This document shows positions 12,501 through 22,961 of a stretch of DNA of 64,000 nt, in pieces; within the stretch, counting starts at the first letter, position 1; each line of letters opens with the position of its first letter. This DNA comes from Styela clava (taxonomy: Eukaryota): the NCBI RefSeq assembly GCF_964204865.1, contig NC_135251.1:7998001-8062000 (forward strand), read 5' to 3'. The notes below the pieces were generated by a model. It saw only the letters and a program-made list of their open reading frames with translations. It was not told where the DNA came from and did not search any database. A program made the translations under genes and the position numbers.

Positions 12501-15500
12501 TAATATAATCTCTGGTGGGCAATGTTGGTTGGTTAGCTGCCAAGTTCATACTCAACTATAATAACAGACACAGATTTGAATAATTTTTTCGTCATGCATT
12601 AAACATCGCACAATTAAACAAAAGCATAAAATAGGGTACTCCGAGTAATAAACTTGAAATAGCCTGTGCTGATAACAAAGTAAATATTTTAATATTTTGT
12701 TCCGTCTTGTGCATATTAATGATGCCGTAATGGCTCAATTGGTCTTGTGCAGTTGTTGACATTTGTTAACAAGGGATTCGGCTATTCTGCATTTACAGAT
12801 TTTATTTCTGATTATCTATTTTGTAGTTGGATATTGTTTTAACGAGACATCTGTAGAATATTACTAGTATATTTTGCATAAAAAACTACTTTTACTTTAA
12901 AAATGCTCATAATTTTTCATTTCTCACTCAGTGAAAAACCATTTATATCTTTCGAGGTTTATCAATAACTCTTGTCTTTTTATAGCTCATTAATTTGTGG
13001 CTGAGTGGAAACACAAACATGGGAGTTGAAGCTTTATCATCAGTTGGACGAATACTTTTCAATCAATCCTGTGTTGAAGCCTTGTACCTTGCCAACTGTA
13101 ACTTGTCATCAGATCAACTACAAGCTCTCAAATCATCGTTGGGCAGCACAGAGGTATAACACAACAATAATTTTGTTTAAAAGGTCGGAGGAAATTGGAT
13201 TGCACTGTGAAATTATGGAAAACTTCTGAAATTTTAAATTTATCTTTTATTACACCTTGTGTTCGATGATTTGAACTTGTGCAATCTGGAATGGAAACAC
13301 AGTCAAATCTAATGCTTCAGATGCTAGGTCATCACACTCATGCATGTAAATTTATGATTCTCATGCTATCCTATCATCTTCAAAAGCTGATGTCTGTTTC
13401 AAGTGTTTATAAAAATAGAGAAAAAATAGATTAGAATTTGGAACAGAAGGTAATGATCAATAATAATAATTCTAAAAGGTACTTATTTCTAACATTGAGG
13501 GGTTGGAAGACAAAAGCATTCCTGTTTTTGAAATTGTAATTTACCTATGTTGCTCTGAGTTTGAAATAATTTTACAATTTTGTTTATTGATTCGAATTGC
13601 TATCACGATATGAAACACAATCGATTTGACCACAAAAAATGTCACTTGACTAAAACATTGAAATTTTTTATATATTGATTCTCACTCGATAATAACTGCC
13701 AACCTCTGGCACCAGGCTATATTTGAAGTTACAAAAGCGTGTTAGCTTTCAAAATGTGGATTTTGACCAAGTTTCACCCAATTAAAAATGAATTTCACTA
13801 TGTTGTGTATTAATGCCAATTGCTACCACTTCATTAAATGCAATGTTTTTGACCTACAACCCCAAGGCCATCCAGAGTTGGGTCAGCATTTTATGACGTA
13901 TTACTGTTGTCAACTTTATTACCGGTATATAAAAACATTATAAGATGCAAAAGAATCACTTTCATAATTTGTATGAACTACCGTATTAGAATAATTAGAT
14001 GGTTACCAGTCTGAGCCACTCAAATTTCTGAATAGAAAAAACTTGAAGCACTATAATTATGCTTGATCAGGAATTAAAAATTTTTTAAAAATATTTTCAA
14101 TGAAACTTTTTCACAGATATAGCTGAGTTTTTGGTTCAATTGACATCGGCTTCATCACAATTTCACCCAATGTGATTTTTGTATTAGATGGAAAAAACAA
14201 AACCCGACTTTCAAATATTCTGTATTTTAAACTATATTGATGGATAACAATTTTTCTTCATCAGTGTTCGCTATTAGTGCACTTTTTTGCGAAAACTGCG
14301 AGACATTTTCTCTATTTTTTTTTTTACTTTCAAGGCACCTTCACACTCATAATTTTCTTAAAGTGAACACTGCTTTTAATACTGTATTGAAATTATGAAT
14401 ATCATATTATATAGCGGCCTACAATAAAGTAGGATTTTCCAGAGTCAACATTATTATTTGAAACTTAAGTCTCAAATGGCAAATATATTCAGATTTTTTT
14501 GTCTTATAGTGAGCAAAGGCAGGTTAAAACTTATTTTTACTTTTGAAATTTATACCCGCAAGTTTGACTGTTTTGATATCATAACAATTTATCAATATTT
14601 TTGTTCTGTTTTATTGATTTTATAATTGTGCAAGTATTCGTTCTTATGCAGTTATTAGCATGTGATTCAACTATTCTGAATTTACAGATTTTAATTTTTA
14701 TATGTCTAGTTTTGTAGTTCAGATTTTGTTTTCAAATTCAACGGTATTGTTCGTGGCAGTGGTTCCCGACCATTATGGCTTGTGGCCCCCTTCCAGCGGC
14801 TCGTAGAACTCATGGCTATCCTGTTCATCATTCCAAAAAACTTGGATGTGTTCGAGTGTATTATGTATTTTCGACCTTCTATGGAATGCAAAAACAGACC
14901 ACAGGCTAGAAAGTCAAACTTTGTACTATTGGAAAGAGAAACTTGCAGGCTTTTTCTTTGGCAGAAACCCAAATTTGGCAATGTTGCTTCCTTGTCAAAT
15001 CTAACTCGCTAGGCAGCCAAGGCACTGAATGTAAACGTCTTTTACATGGAAAAGATTTTTTTGCACAGTGGATTTGGAGTTTGGATGAACGTAATGATTT
15101 ATTGTTTATCACATATGAGCAACGCAGGCATTGTGCACATTGCTTCAGGGCCCCCGTTAAGAACCACTGGTCTATGGAATATTCATGGTTTATTTTGCAT
15201 CAAAATTACTTTCAGTTTGAGAATGTTCATAATTTTTTTCTTTCTAATCCCTCAATGCACCATATCTAAATTTCTGGGTTCATCAATTATTCTTCTCTCT
15301 TCATAGATTATGAAGTTGTACCTGAGTGGAAACACAAACATGGGTGTTGAGGGTTTATTATCAGTTGGACAAATACTTTCCAATCAATCCTGTGTTGAAG
15401 AGTTGAGCCTTGACAACTGTAACCTGTCATCAGATCAACTACAGGCTTTCAAATCATCCTTGGGCATCACAAAGGTATATCACAATAATAATCACATGAT

Positions 15501-18500
15501 TAACGTATTTTAAAAAGGTTGGAAGAAAATTTGATTTTGATTTTGTAACAGATTAAGTTTCACACTTTCATAGCCAAAATTGGATTACATGGTGAAATTA
15601 ATGAAAAACCTCTACAATTTTAAATTTATCTTCTTTAATAAATTTTCAGGCCCTCTCATTTATTTGAAAATTTCTTTGAAATATATTATAACCAATTCTT
15701 ATGACCAATCGGTTCTGTTGAGTCTTGTCCGATGATTGTGTGAAATACCTAAAATTGTCCTATATTGTACGTAAATTACATTAATTTTTTTTTTCGATAA
15801 ACTCCCAAGTTTATTCAATTTTGAAAACTTTTTATTACATCTTAACATCTTAAGTAAAATTTGGAACAGAAGGTAAACAGATTTTAAAGAATAAACGATA
15901 AGTGCTAATAAATCTAAAATGATATTTATTTCCAACAGTACAGGTTTTATTTGTTCAATAACCACATTTATTTAATTTTCACGTGGTCAAATGTGGGATG
16001 TCCACTTGTATAAGCTTAAGTCACAGCTTATTACATTTTCAGTCACCTAAATGCTATTAACACCATAAATCATTTGACATTATCTACAATGAAAAGAGTA
16101 ATTCTGATATCATAAATGGTCGCACTTTTCACTTGTTTGTTAGTTAATCCCAATGAGACATATTAGGCCTTTGAGACAATAATTATTCATGCCTTTTCAC
16201 TGCAAACCTTGTGCAAATTTAACAATTAGTCTTTTGTACAGAATTTATAAATAACCTTTCAAATCAACCCTTGCCTTCTGGAACTCGGCAAGTTTTTTGA
16301 GGTCACCAGAGTCTGATAACCAAATTATAATTTTGACTATGTTGCTCTTACTTTTGTTCAATGATTACGAATGCTAACGATTTGTGAAATACAATTGATT
16401 TGACCACAAGAAAAGTCAAACAACTAAAACATTGAATTTTGATAACTGTTGTTCCTCATTTGATGAAAACGCACAATTTCTGACACCAGGCTCTGTTTCA
16501 ATGTTACAATGCTTTTCTGTGTAATAAGAATAATATGGGTTTGGCAAAACTAGGACGAATATGACTTTTATGTATTTTATCCATGCCATATTGATTTTTG
16601 TATTTGTTTATTTCAACAGATTGATCAGTTGTATCTGGGTGAAGATCGTATTGCAAACAATGAAGATATTGTTGCAGTTGCAAATCTGCTTCCTAATGTT
16701 ACAGAGAGTTTGTGGTTGGGAAGATGGAAAATAGCTGATGAAGATAAAGAAATATTACAGAATCAATTGGATGAAATTGGATCGGAGGTTTGAAATTCTT
16801 TTTGGGATATACAAAATATAAAATATGGGTCAGACATAAATCAATAATTTGTGTAGAAACTGAAAGTCTAAATTGTTCACGCTGAACTGAACACTTTAAA
16901 GTCCACCAAAGTATATGTTATTTCCATTCGTGTCATTTCAATTCTTTAAAGCAATTACCAAAATATTATATCATTGTGGTCAATTTGATTGTGTTGTACA
17001 TTAATGTTTAATGTTTGCTTTATTGGACACGTTTATTGGCCATAACGATCGTTTCAAAATTTTGTTGTTATTGTTATTTGTCTCCGTCTCCATTTTTAAA
17101 AAATCGCTTTTCTCTTCGAATACTGGACCAATTGCTTTGATATTTTCAGTGGTTAAAGATAAAATTTTCCTCCAGAAGGGTATTACTTTTTTTTCGCTAT
17201 GACGTCATCAAAATTATTGCCACTGGGTGGCGCTACGTGTCCATATATTTGAGCATAGCTCTCTTGTTTTAATTATGTTCATTTGTGTTTTGATAAAAAG
17301 AACAATTTCATAGATTCATTTGTGTTTCTGTTTCGTCAAGCAAAGTCTAAATTTGAAATGAATTGTATTTACTAATTTTTTGCAGTAATTATCATTTTAT
17401 TGAATTACCAAGCGTGGACTGTCAATTTAGTGAGTTATCAAAGAAAGCAAATTTTAAAAGTTTCTCAATAAATGTTAATGAGTAAATGACTGGAATTCCA
17501 GCATTGTCGTTGAAACCCTTCAGTGCTAATTTTGTATACAATTTATTCATTATAGAAACTAGAAATTTGCTTGGATAGATTCACAAAACTCAAAAGTCGA
17601 AGGATATCAGCAGCTACAATCAAAGTTTTTTCTAAACAACATCCAACCACAACTTCAAAAACAGAATTTGGTAAGTTATGAATATTTTTTCAAATTGAAT
17701 GGTTCTATGGCACCAATATCGCTGCTTGATAACAAACATGGGTTTTACTTTGCGTCTCCCTTCACCGTGGGATGCCATTTTTATGTTTTTTTTTCCTAGT
17801 TCTCATTCCAATCAAGTGAATTTACATTTTAGTGAAAAATAAACCACTGGCTCACATGATCACTACATCATGAATTTCTGCCCAATTGTTTAATATTTCC
17901 ATAGTTATCATTATTATATTATTCTTGTCATCAAGTAATTTTCATCGTTCTCGGAATGCTTATTGAATATACTTGCTACTGAAGCTGGCATATTATTCAA
18001 CGCTGTCTTGCAACATGTTAAATTTTGTCATTCTCTTAACAGATTTGGTATTTTTATCGTGTTATTGTCTATTGTACATATTGCGGTATCAAACAAAATT
18101 TTTGCTGTGATTAAATATACCGTAAATCTAGAATATGCAAAATTAATTTTATTAAAGATATAAAATAATTGCTTCCAAGTAGTTACACTTGGCTGTCGGA
18201 GCATAGAGCTTATAGTTACAGAATCTTAAATTTTTCTGATAATCGCTCACTACTCTTTGTATTTGGTTTTTGCTTGAAAAAGCCACTCACAGCTGTTTTA
18301 GATAACCCGGCTTTGCTGCTACTCACTACAATTTTATGTTTAATTTTGTTTTTGAATGAAATGGCCAGAAATAATATTGAGGTCACAGCTTTTATTTAAA
18401 ATAAAATATCTATTTTTAGCTTTGCCTAAAATTGAAAATGTTTCATCTCAAAGAAGTGGATCCGACATTCTTTTGACTTGGAATGAAGTATCTGACGGCA

Positions 18501-21500
18501 ACGTACTATACAACGTAGAAATCTTCTGTGATGATGTGAAACTTGAAGGGACTCACACTACAGAGGTTCCTCAGTATAGAATGGAGTCACCTACACTTGG
18601 TAAAAAATATATTTTCCAAGTGTGGGCCAAAGATGAATTGGGAAACTCTAGCATCAAAACACAGTCAAAGAATGTTATCAAATGTAAGTTATGGCCATTA
18701 ATCATTAGGTAATGTAGCAACCTTATAATTCAAATAGTTACTTATTGATATCGATCAGTAAGTATGTTCATAGGTATTTGTCTGTCTGTCTGTTAGATCA
18801 TTTTCGTATGTTACACGATATCTCACGAAAACGAGGTTGAATCTTCTCCATTTTGCATGTGCATTTATCATATCTCGGACCAGAAGCCTATTGATTTTTG
18901 ATGAATCATGTCAAATAATCAGCGAGTTATTAGTTAATTAGTGATGGGACATGCAGTGTTGCAATTGAGTCAGAGCGAAGGATACAAGCCGCTAGATCAA
19001 TAAGTCGGCGGTCTCCGTGCGCTATCTCGTTTGTCCGTTAGACACTTTCGTATGTTACGCGATATCTCTCAAAAGGGATGTTGAATCTAGTCCAAATTTT
19101 GCATGTGCATTCATCATATCTCGGAACAATAGCATATTGATTTTGGATGGATTATGTCAGATAATTAGCGCGGTAATAATTAATTAGTGATGGGACACGT
19201 GGTGTTGCTATTGAATCAGAGCGAAACAATCAAAATCGCAGTTTCTGTTTTGGCGGATCCCTTAACCTTCGTCGCTGCGAACGATTGTGTGCGTAACATT
19301 GCCCTGTCTGCAATTGCGAGAATAATCATTGTGAAATCGTACTCCGTCAAAATTGTCAAGAAAAATATTGTACATGAGGAAGATCGATAAGTCGGCGGTC
19401 TCCAATCGCTATCTAGTTTATTGTTTTAATAAATAGTCAGTGAGTGTATCTGCATGGTGGCGGCCCATCATCATTATTAGAAAAATATTAGGCATTTTAT
19501 TTTTTAGACGACTTATCGGCATAAAATCAGTGGTTCAAAATGGCCTCACATTTTTTCGCAATGAAAATGGTTTACATCCATTGACCAAGGCACAGTATTT
19601 TTATTCTATCATTCTTGGTGGTTCAAGAATTGGTTACTGACATTCAACATTACTATGTCAAACTGTGATGTGAAATAATTATGCAGAAACTACTACTTTA
19701 CTGGCTCCTAAACACCACCCCTTTACCTTAATTGCAATACATGAAGGTATATTGTGCTCATATTGTGTATATTGGTCATACAATCAATCTAGATTTATGA
19801 GGCCAAATCTTTTCTTTATTCCTAAACATGGAAGTTGCTCAATACCAGATTGAACTGGGAAAAAACATAATTGAAAATTCTAAAACAATACACAAGGAAA
19901 TTACTCAACTCATGGTAACAAATATTTTGTCGCATTTCTAGTTGCTGAGCCTGCTTTGTCTAAGTACTCATTTCCTACTTTACATAACTTTGGAACAACC
20001 TGTTAAAATTCATTTTTTGTTGCATTATAAAACAAATCTATTTTTTAGTGGTGAACGTTGAAGTTGCCGGCGGATCCATGAGACTGAACGAATGCAAAGT
20101 CACGTTTCCTGGTGGAACTTTCAACAAACAAACAAAGGTCTGGATGTCGGTTGGAATTGACAATTCACTGTGCCCAGAAGGATACATTGGTATCACACCA
20201 GTTTTCGATATCAGTGCAGATTCCGAATTCCTCAAAGATGCGATCGTGCAAATCCAGTCATGGTGTGTCGGTCTAGAGAAAGACAAAATTGACATATTAC
20301 ATTTCTCAAGTAAAACTGATTGGAATATTATTAAACCTCGCCGAATCACTGGGGATAACAGCATAGAATTCCGATGCAGAAAGTTCAGCCCAGTTATGGC
20401 CTTCATCAGGTGGTTGCTGTTTGGAACAGTGGAGCTTCTTATGGAACACCGTCTTTATATTTTAAACAAAAACAAATTTCATTTTGCATTTTTCACATGT
20501 GGTGAGACTGTTCAGAACACTGTCAGACATTATTATAAAGACCTGGGTGCACAACTTGCTCCTTTTCATCTTCCTCAGATTCTCTTACAAATTGGAGACA
20601 GAGTTCGCATGAAACTCCAAATTGACCGCGGACCAGAAAATTTGCATTTCGATTTTCCTGATGGCCATACTTTCCTGGTAGACAAACAATTCCTAAGAAA
20701 GCAAAGAAATGAATACACGGTTCAGCTTTTCCCTGTCCGCGACCAATATCCCCAAAGTAACATCAGATACAAGATGGTTAAGGAAGGCAATGAACCGGAA
20801 ATTTGCAATCGTGATTTTGATTTCCCAGTGGAACGAATAGGTGAGTAATTCAGGGCTCTTGCTCTCGCCTCATGCAGTTTTACTATGTTGTTCAAGTTGT
20901 CATTCGACCACTCAACATGATGCAGGTATTCATTGTTAAAACGAGGCTTCCTGCCATAAAAAAAACTTTCTAGTTTGGCTTATTTTGTTTAGTTTCTAAT
21001 TCTGGAAACTTGTGTTGCCCAATCAACATTACTTTCGAAGTTGAAATAAAAATGAATATGATTCTAATGTGTATCTCATACTGTTTAGATATGCCAGGAC
21101 AACAAACTATCAATTTCTATGGAGATGTTCGTGTTGCAGGGAACATGAATATGAATGGCGACCGCCAACAAGCTTTACAAGATGTGAGTAAATGCAATAA
21201 ATACGTAAATAAATTATTTCTGAGAAACAGCTGGCAAAATTTCAATTTTAAACAAATCTAGTTCTATTCCTTCGTTATAATTGTTTGTGTTTTTCTTTAA
21301 AGCTATGTGTATGAAGTTATAATATTATTTTGAATAAGTTGTAATATTACCAAATTGTCCATTTTTTACACTTTCTCCTGTTATATGCACAAAATGATAA
21401 TATCACCATGAAAATAATCTAACAAAAATAAATTTATCAAATATAATATAAATAAATATATATAATATGAATATAAGCAGTGGTGGGATTCAGCCGGTTT

Positions 21501-21922
21501 GCACCGGTTGTTTAGAACCATCTCACAGAATTTTATAAGATCAGCGTACCGGTTAGCATTAATCAGTTTATTTGCTAAAAAATATGACTTTTTGAAACAG
21601 AACCGGCTGAAAAATATGACTTTTGTGATGGAACCGACCGACAAAAAATTTGAATCCCACCACTGAATATAAGATAATATACAACTCAATCTCATACTAT
21701 AAATATTCAATCATTTAATTTGACTAACAAAATATTATGCTGAAAGTGACAACTGTTTTTTATATTAAGGAACAAATCGAACAGAGAGAAGCAGAGCAGC
21801 AAAGACAGGCAGATGAAAACAGGGTCCGTGTTCCAGGATTGGCTCCCCAAATTCTATTCTTGTTCCTAGCTGTTTTTCTCCACTTTTTGTTGAGGTGGCT
21901 CACACCCGAAATAACCTTATAA
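5162..21922 (+). CDS. NLR-family receptor, NACHT-LRR-FN3-FIIND(ZU5-UPA)-RHIM-like-TM, ~1310 aa, 12 coding exons (5162-6512, 7228-7544, 10060-10230, 11458-11628, 12986-13153, 15307-15474, 16620-16787, 17556-17670, 18420-18683, 20049-20840, 21089-21183, 21770-21922)
   Basis: Every exon is flanked by AG/GT. Phases chain without a stop (1,0,0,0,0,0,0,1,1,1,0). Summed length is 3933 nt, or 1310 aa plus stop. An in-frame TGA at 5144-5146 lies upstream of ATG 5162. Joining all exons into one transcript is inferred from phase compatibility, not from RNA data. Confidence 0.8.
7228..7544 (+). CDS. NLR exon 2: HD2-LRR transition and first LRR
   Basis: Acceptor cccacag, phase 1 start. Encodes ...LSISDIHVIGSVVSYCTSLTLDFTRCDLKSASLQTLASGLK. 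Donor AAG/GTAGAA. Confidence 0.85.
10060..10230 (+). CDS. NLR LRR exon A (171 nt, two RI-like LRRs, phase 0-0)
   Basis: IMKLWLNKNTNMGVESLTSVGQILSNQSCVEELGLGNCNLSSDQLQAFKSSIGNRTT, flanked by ttatag and gtgagt. Confidence 0.9.
11458..11628 (+). CDS. NLR LRR exon B (171 nt, phase 0-0)
   Basis: LMKLYLYGNTNMGVEGLLSVGQILSSQSCVEELGLAHCNLSSDQLQAFKSSIGNKTK, flanked by ttatag and gtgagt. Confidence 0.9.
12986..13153 (+). CDS. NLR LRR exon C (168 nt, phase 0-0; the ORF track shows the wrong frame here)
   Basis: LINLWLSGNTNMGVEALSSVGRILFNQSCVEALYLANCNLSSDQLQALKSSLGSTE, flanked by ttatag and gtataa. Confidence 0.88.
14757..15169. mobile_element. hAT (Charlie-like) element inserted in the intron upstream of LRR exon D
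   Basis: Ends CAGTGGTTCCCGACC / GTTAAGAACCACTG. Absent from the paralogous intron (empty site ggtattggctatggaat near 11316). Degenerate TSD. Confidence 0.8.
15307..15474 (+). CDS. NLR LRR exon D (168 nt, phase 0-0)
   Basis: IMKLYLSGNTNMGVEGLLSVGQILSNQSCVEELSLDNCNLSSDQLQAFKSSLGITK, flanked by tcatag and gtatat. Confidence 0.9.
16620..16787 (+). CDS. NLR terminal/capping LRR exon (168 nt, phase 0-0)
   Basis: IDQLYLGEDRIANNEDIVAVANLLPNVTESLWLGRWKIADEDKEILQNQLDEIGSE, flanked by tcaacag and gtttga. Not in the ORF track. Confidence 0.8.
17556..17670 (+). CDS. NLR linker exon (basic, Thr/Ser-rich)
   Basis: KLEICLDRFTKLKSRRISAATIKVFSKQHPTTTSKTEF, flanked by ttatag and G/gtaagt. Phase 0 to 1 bridges the LRR and FN3 exons. 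Confidence 0.7.
18420..18683 (+). CDS. NLR fibronectin type III domain exon (phase 1-1)
   Basis: P..V.....SDILLTW......LYNVE......YRMESPTLGKKYIFQVWA....GNS shows the FN3 W, Y and L..GxxYxFxVxA pattern. Confidence 0.85.
18736..19420 (+). mobile_element. Two head-to-tail Helentron/DINE-1-like copies in the FN3-FIIND intron
   Basis: Same family as 262-575. Units are roughly 18736-19030 and 19031-19420, each ending taagtcggcggtctc... Confidence 0.7.
20049..20840 (+). CDS. NLR FIIND exon (ZU5 followed by UPA-like domain; phase 1-1)
   Basis: ZU5 signature GGSMRL..CKVTFPGG...ITPVFDI....F.K.A.VQI, then ILHF...KPRRI...KFSP, then about 150 aa of beta-rich sequence. Confidence 0.8.
21089..21183 (+). 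CDS. NLR mini-exon encoding a G/N/Q-rich RHIM/amyloid-like motif
   Basis: DMPGQQTINFYGDVRVAGNMNMNGDRQQALQD, flanked by tttag and gtgagt, phase 1 to 0. The exon is well supported; the motif call is inference. Confidence 0.7.
21478..21665. mobile_element. hAT MITE in the last NLR intron
   Basis: TIRs CAGTGGTGGGATTCA / TGAATCCCACCACTG with a perfect 8-bp TSD AATATAAG. Confidence 0.93.
21770..21922 (+). CDS. NLR last exon: short charged helix plus C-terminal hydrophobic (tail-anchor-like) segment
   Basis: EQIEQREAEQQRQADENRVRVPGLAPQILFLFLAVFLHFLLRWLTPEITL*, after acceptor tattaag. Confidence 0.75.
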   Translation, partial: EQIEQREAEQQRQADENRVRVPGLAPQILFLFLAVFLHFLLRWLTPEITL

Positions 21923-22961
21923 TTTGTTTCTGGCTGCATTTTATTAAACTCCATTGGAATCGTGACCAAGGGGAATCTCATACAGACCTTTCAACCACTG
22001 GTATATACTAAGTTTAGAATTGCAAGTTGTTTGCAAATTCACAAGAAGTCATAAAAAGAAACATCAAGTAGGTTGTAAAAGAATGAATGGCTGGTATAAA
22101 AACTGTTGGACTTGAGTGATTGACCTCCGGCTTCACCTAGTGGTCTGACATAATGTTCCAGAGAGTGCAAACTGGTAGCTGAGGACAGTGTCACTTTGCC
22201 CCTAATCTATGTAAAATGATAGATTTGCATTATAAATTCTAGTTGTATTATAATAGTGATACATGTACAACAATACAATGGCATGCAATGCTTATTGTAA
22301 ATTTCTATTTTTTGTTTTGTGTATGTCAGAATTTTAAATTTTCATGCACTGTAATCAGCTTTTCTTGTTTATCATAATTGACAACACTGAACTTAATCTT
22401 GCTGTATTGGAATGGAATAACAATCGCATAAATAATTCAACTTATCCAAACCTTAATCCTCCCTGATGTATAAAAGTTATCTTTATAAAACTTTGTATTT
22501 CCCTGAGTTTTGGGTTTTCTTTATAACTCCGTGTGTTTCTGCAAGTTTTAAAATATGAAAAAAATGAAAACAACAAAAAAAAATTGCCAAGTTGCCAATT
22601 TTCCAAGTTGCTCAGAAATGAAGGAGAATCTATGAGTAAAAAGTATAAAAGACCACTGAAGCCCCAAAACCTACTGACACCACAAGTCCATAAGGCATCA
22701 TAGGGTAAAATTACTTCCTGTTGTTAACACTGATTGGTGTGAGACTTAAAAGTACTCATGGGCGAAGCTTATGGAGTATCAGCTTTTATTTTGATTCTTT
22801 TGCCTATTAAAAATATTTTTTGTTTTTATTTTATTAAATTACTTCCAATATTCAAAGGGTTTCTGATATTAACCAATGTCAGATTATATATTTATATAAA
22901 CTAATAGGGAAACTCCACATTTAGGAGGTTTTGAATTTTCTTTTTTATATTTCTCTTAGAT

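Larger units (their letters stand above)
10060..16500 (+). repeat. Tandem exon+intron duplication array carrying LRR exons A-D
   Basis: Introns after A and B are homologous, introns after C and D are homologous, and the ~300 nt upstream of B, C and D are homologous. Confidence 0.9.

Noticed and set aside
13005-13229. 74-aa ORF METQTWELK...
   Set aside because: Alternate frame of LRR exon C. The real frame starts at 12986.
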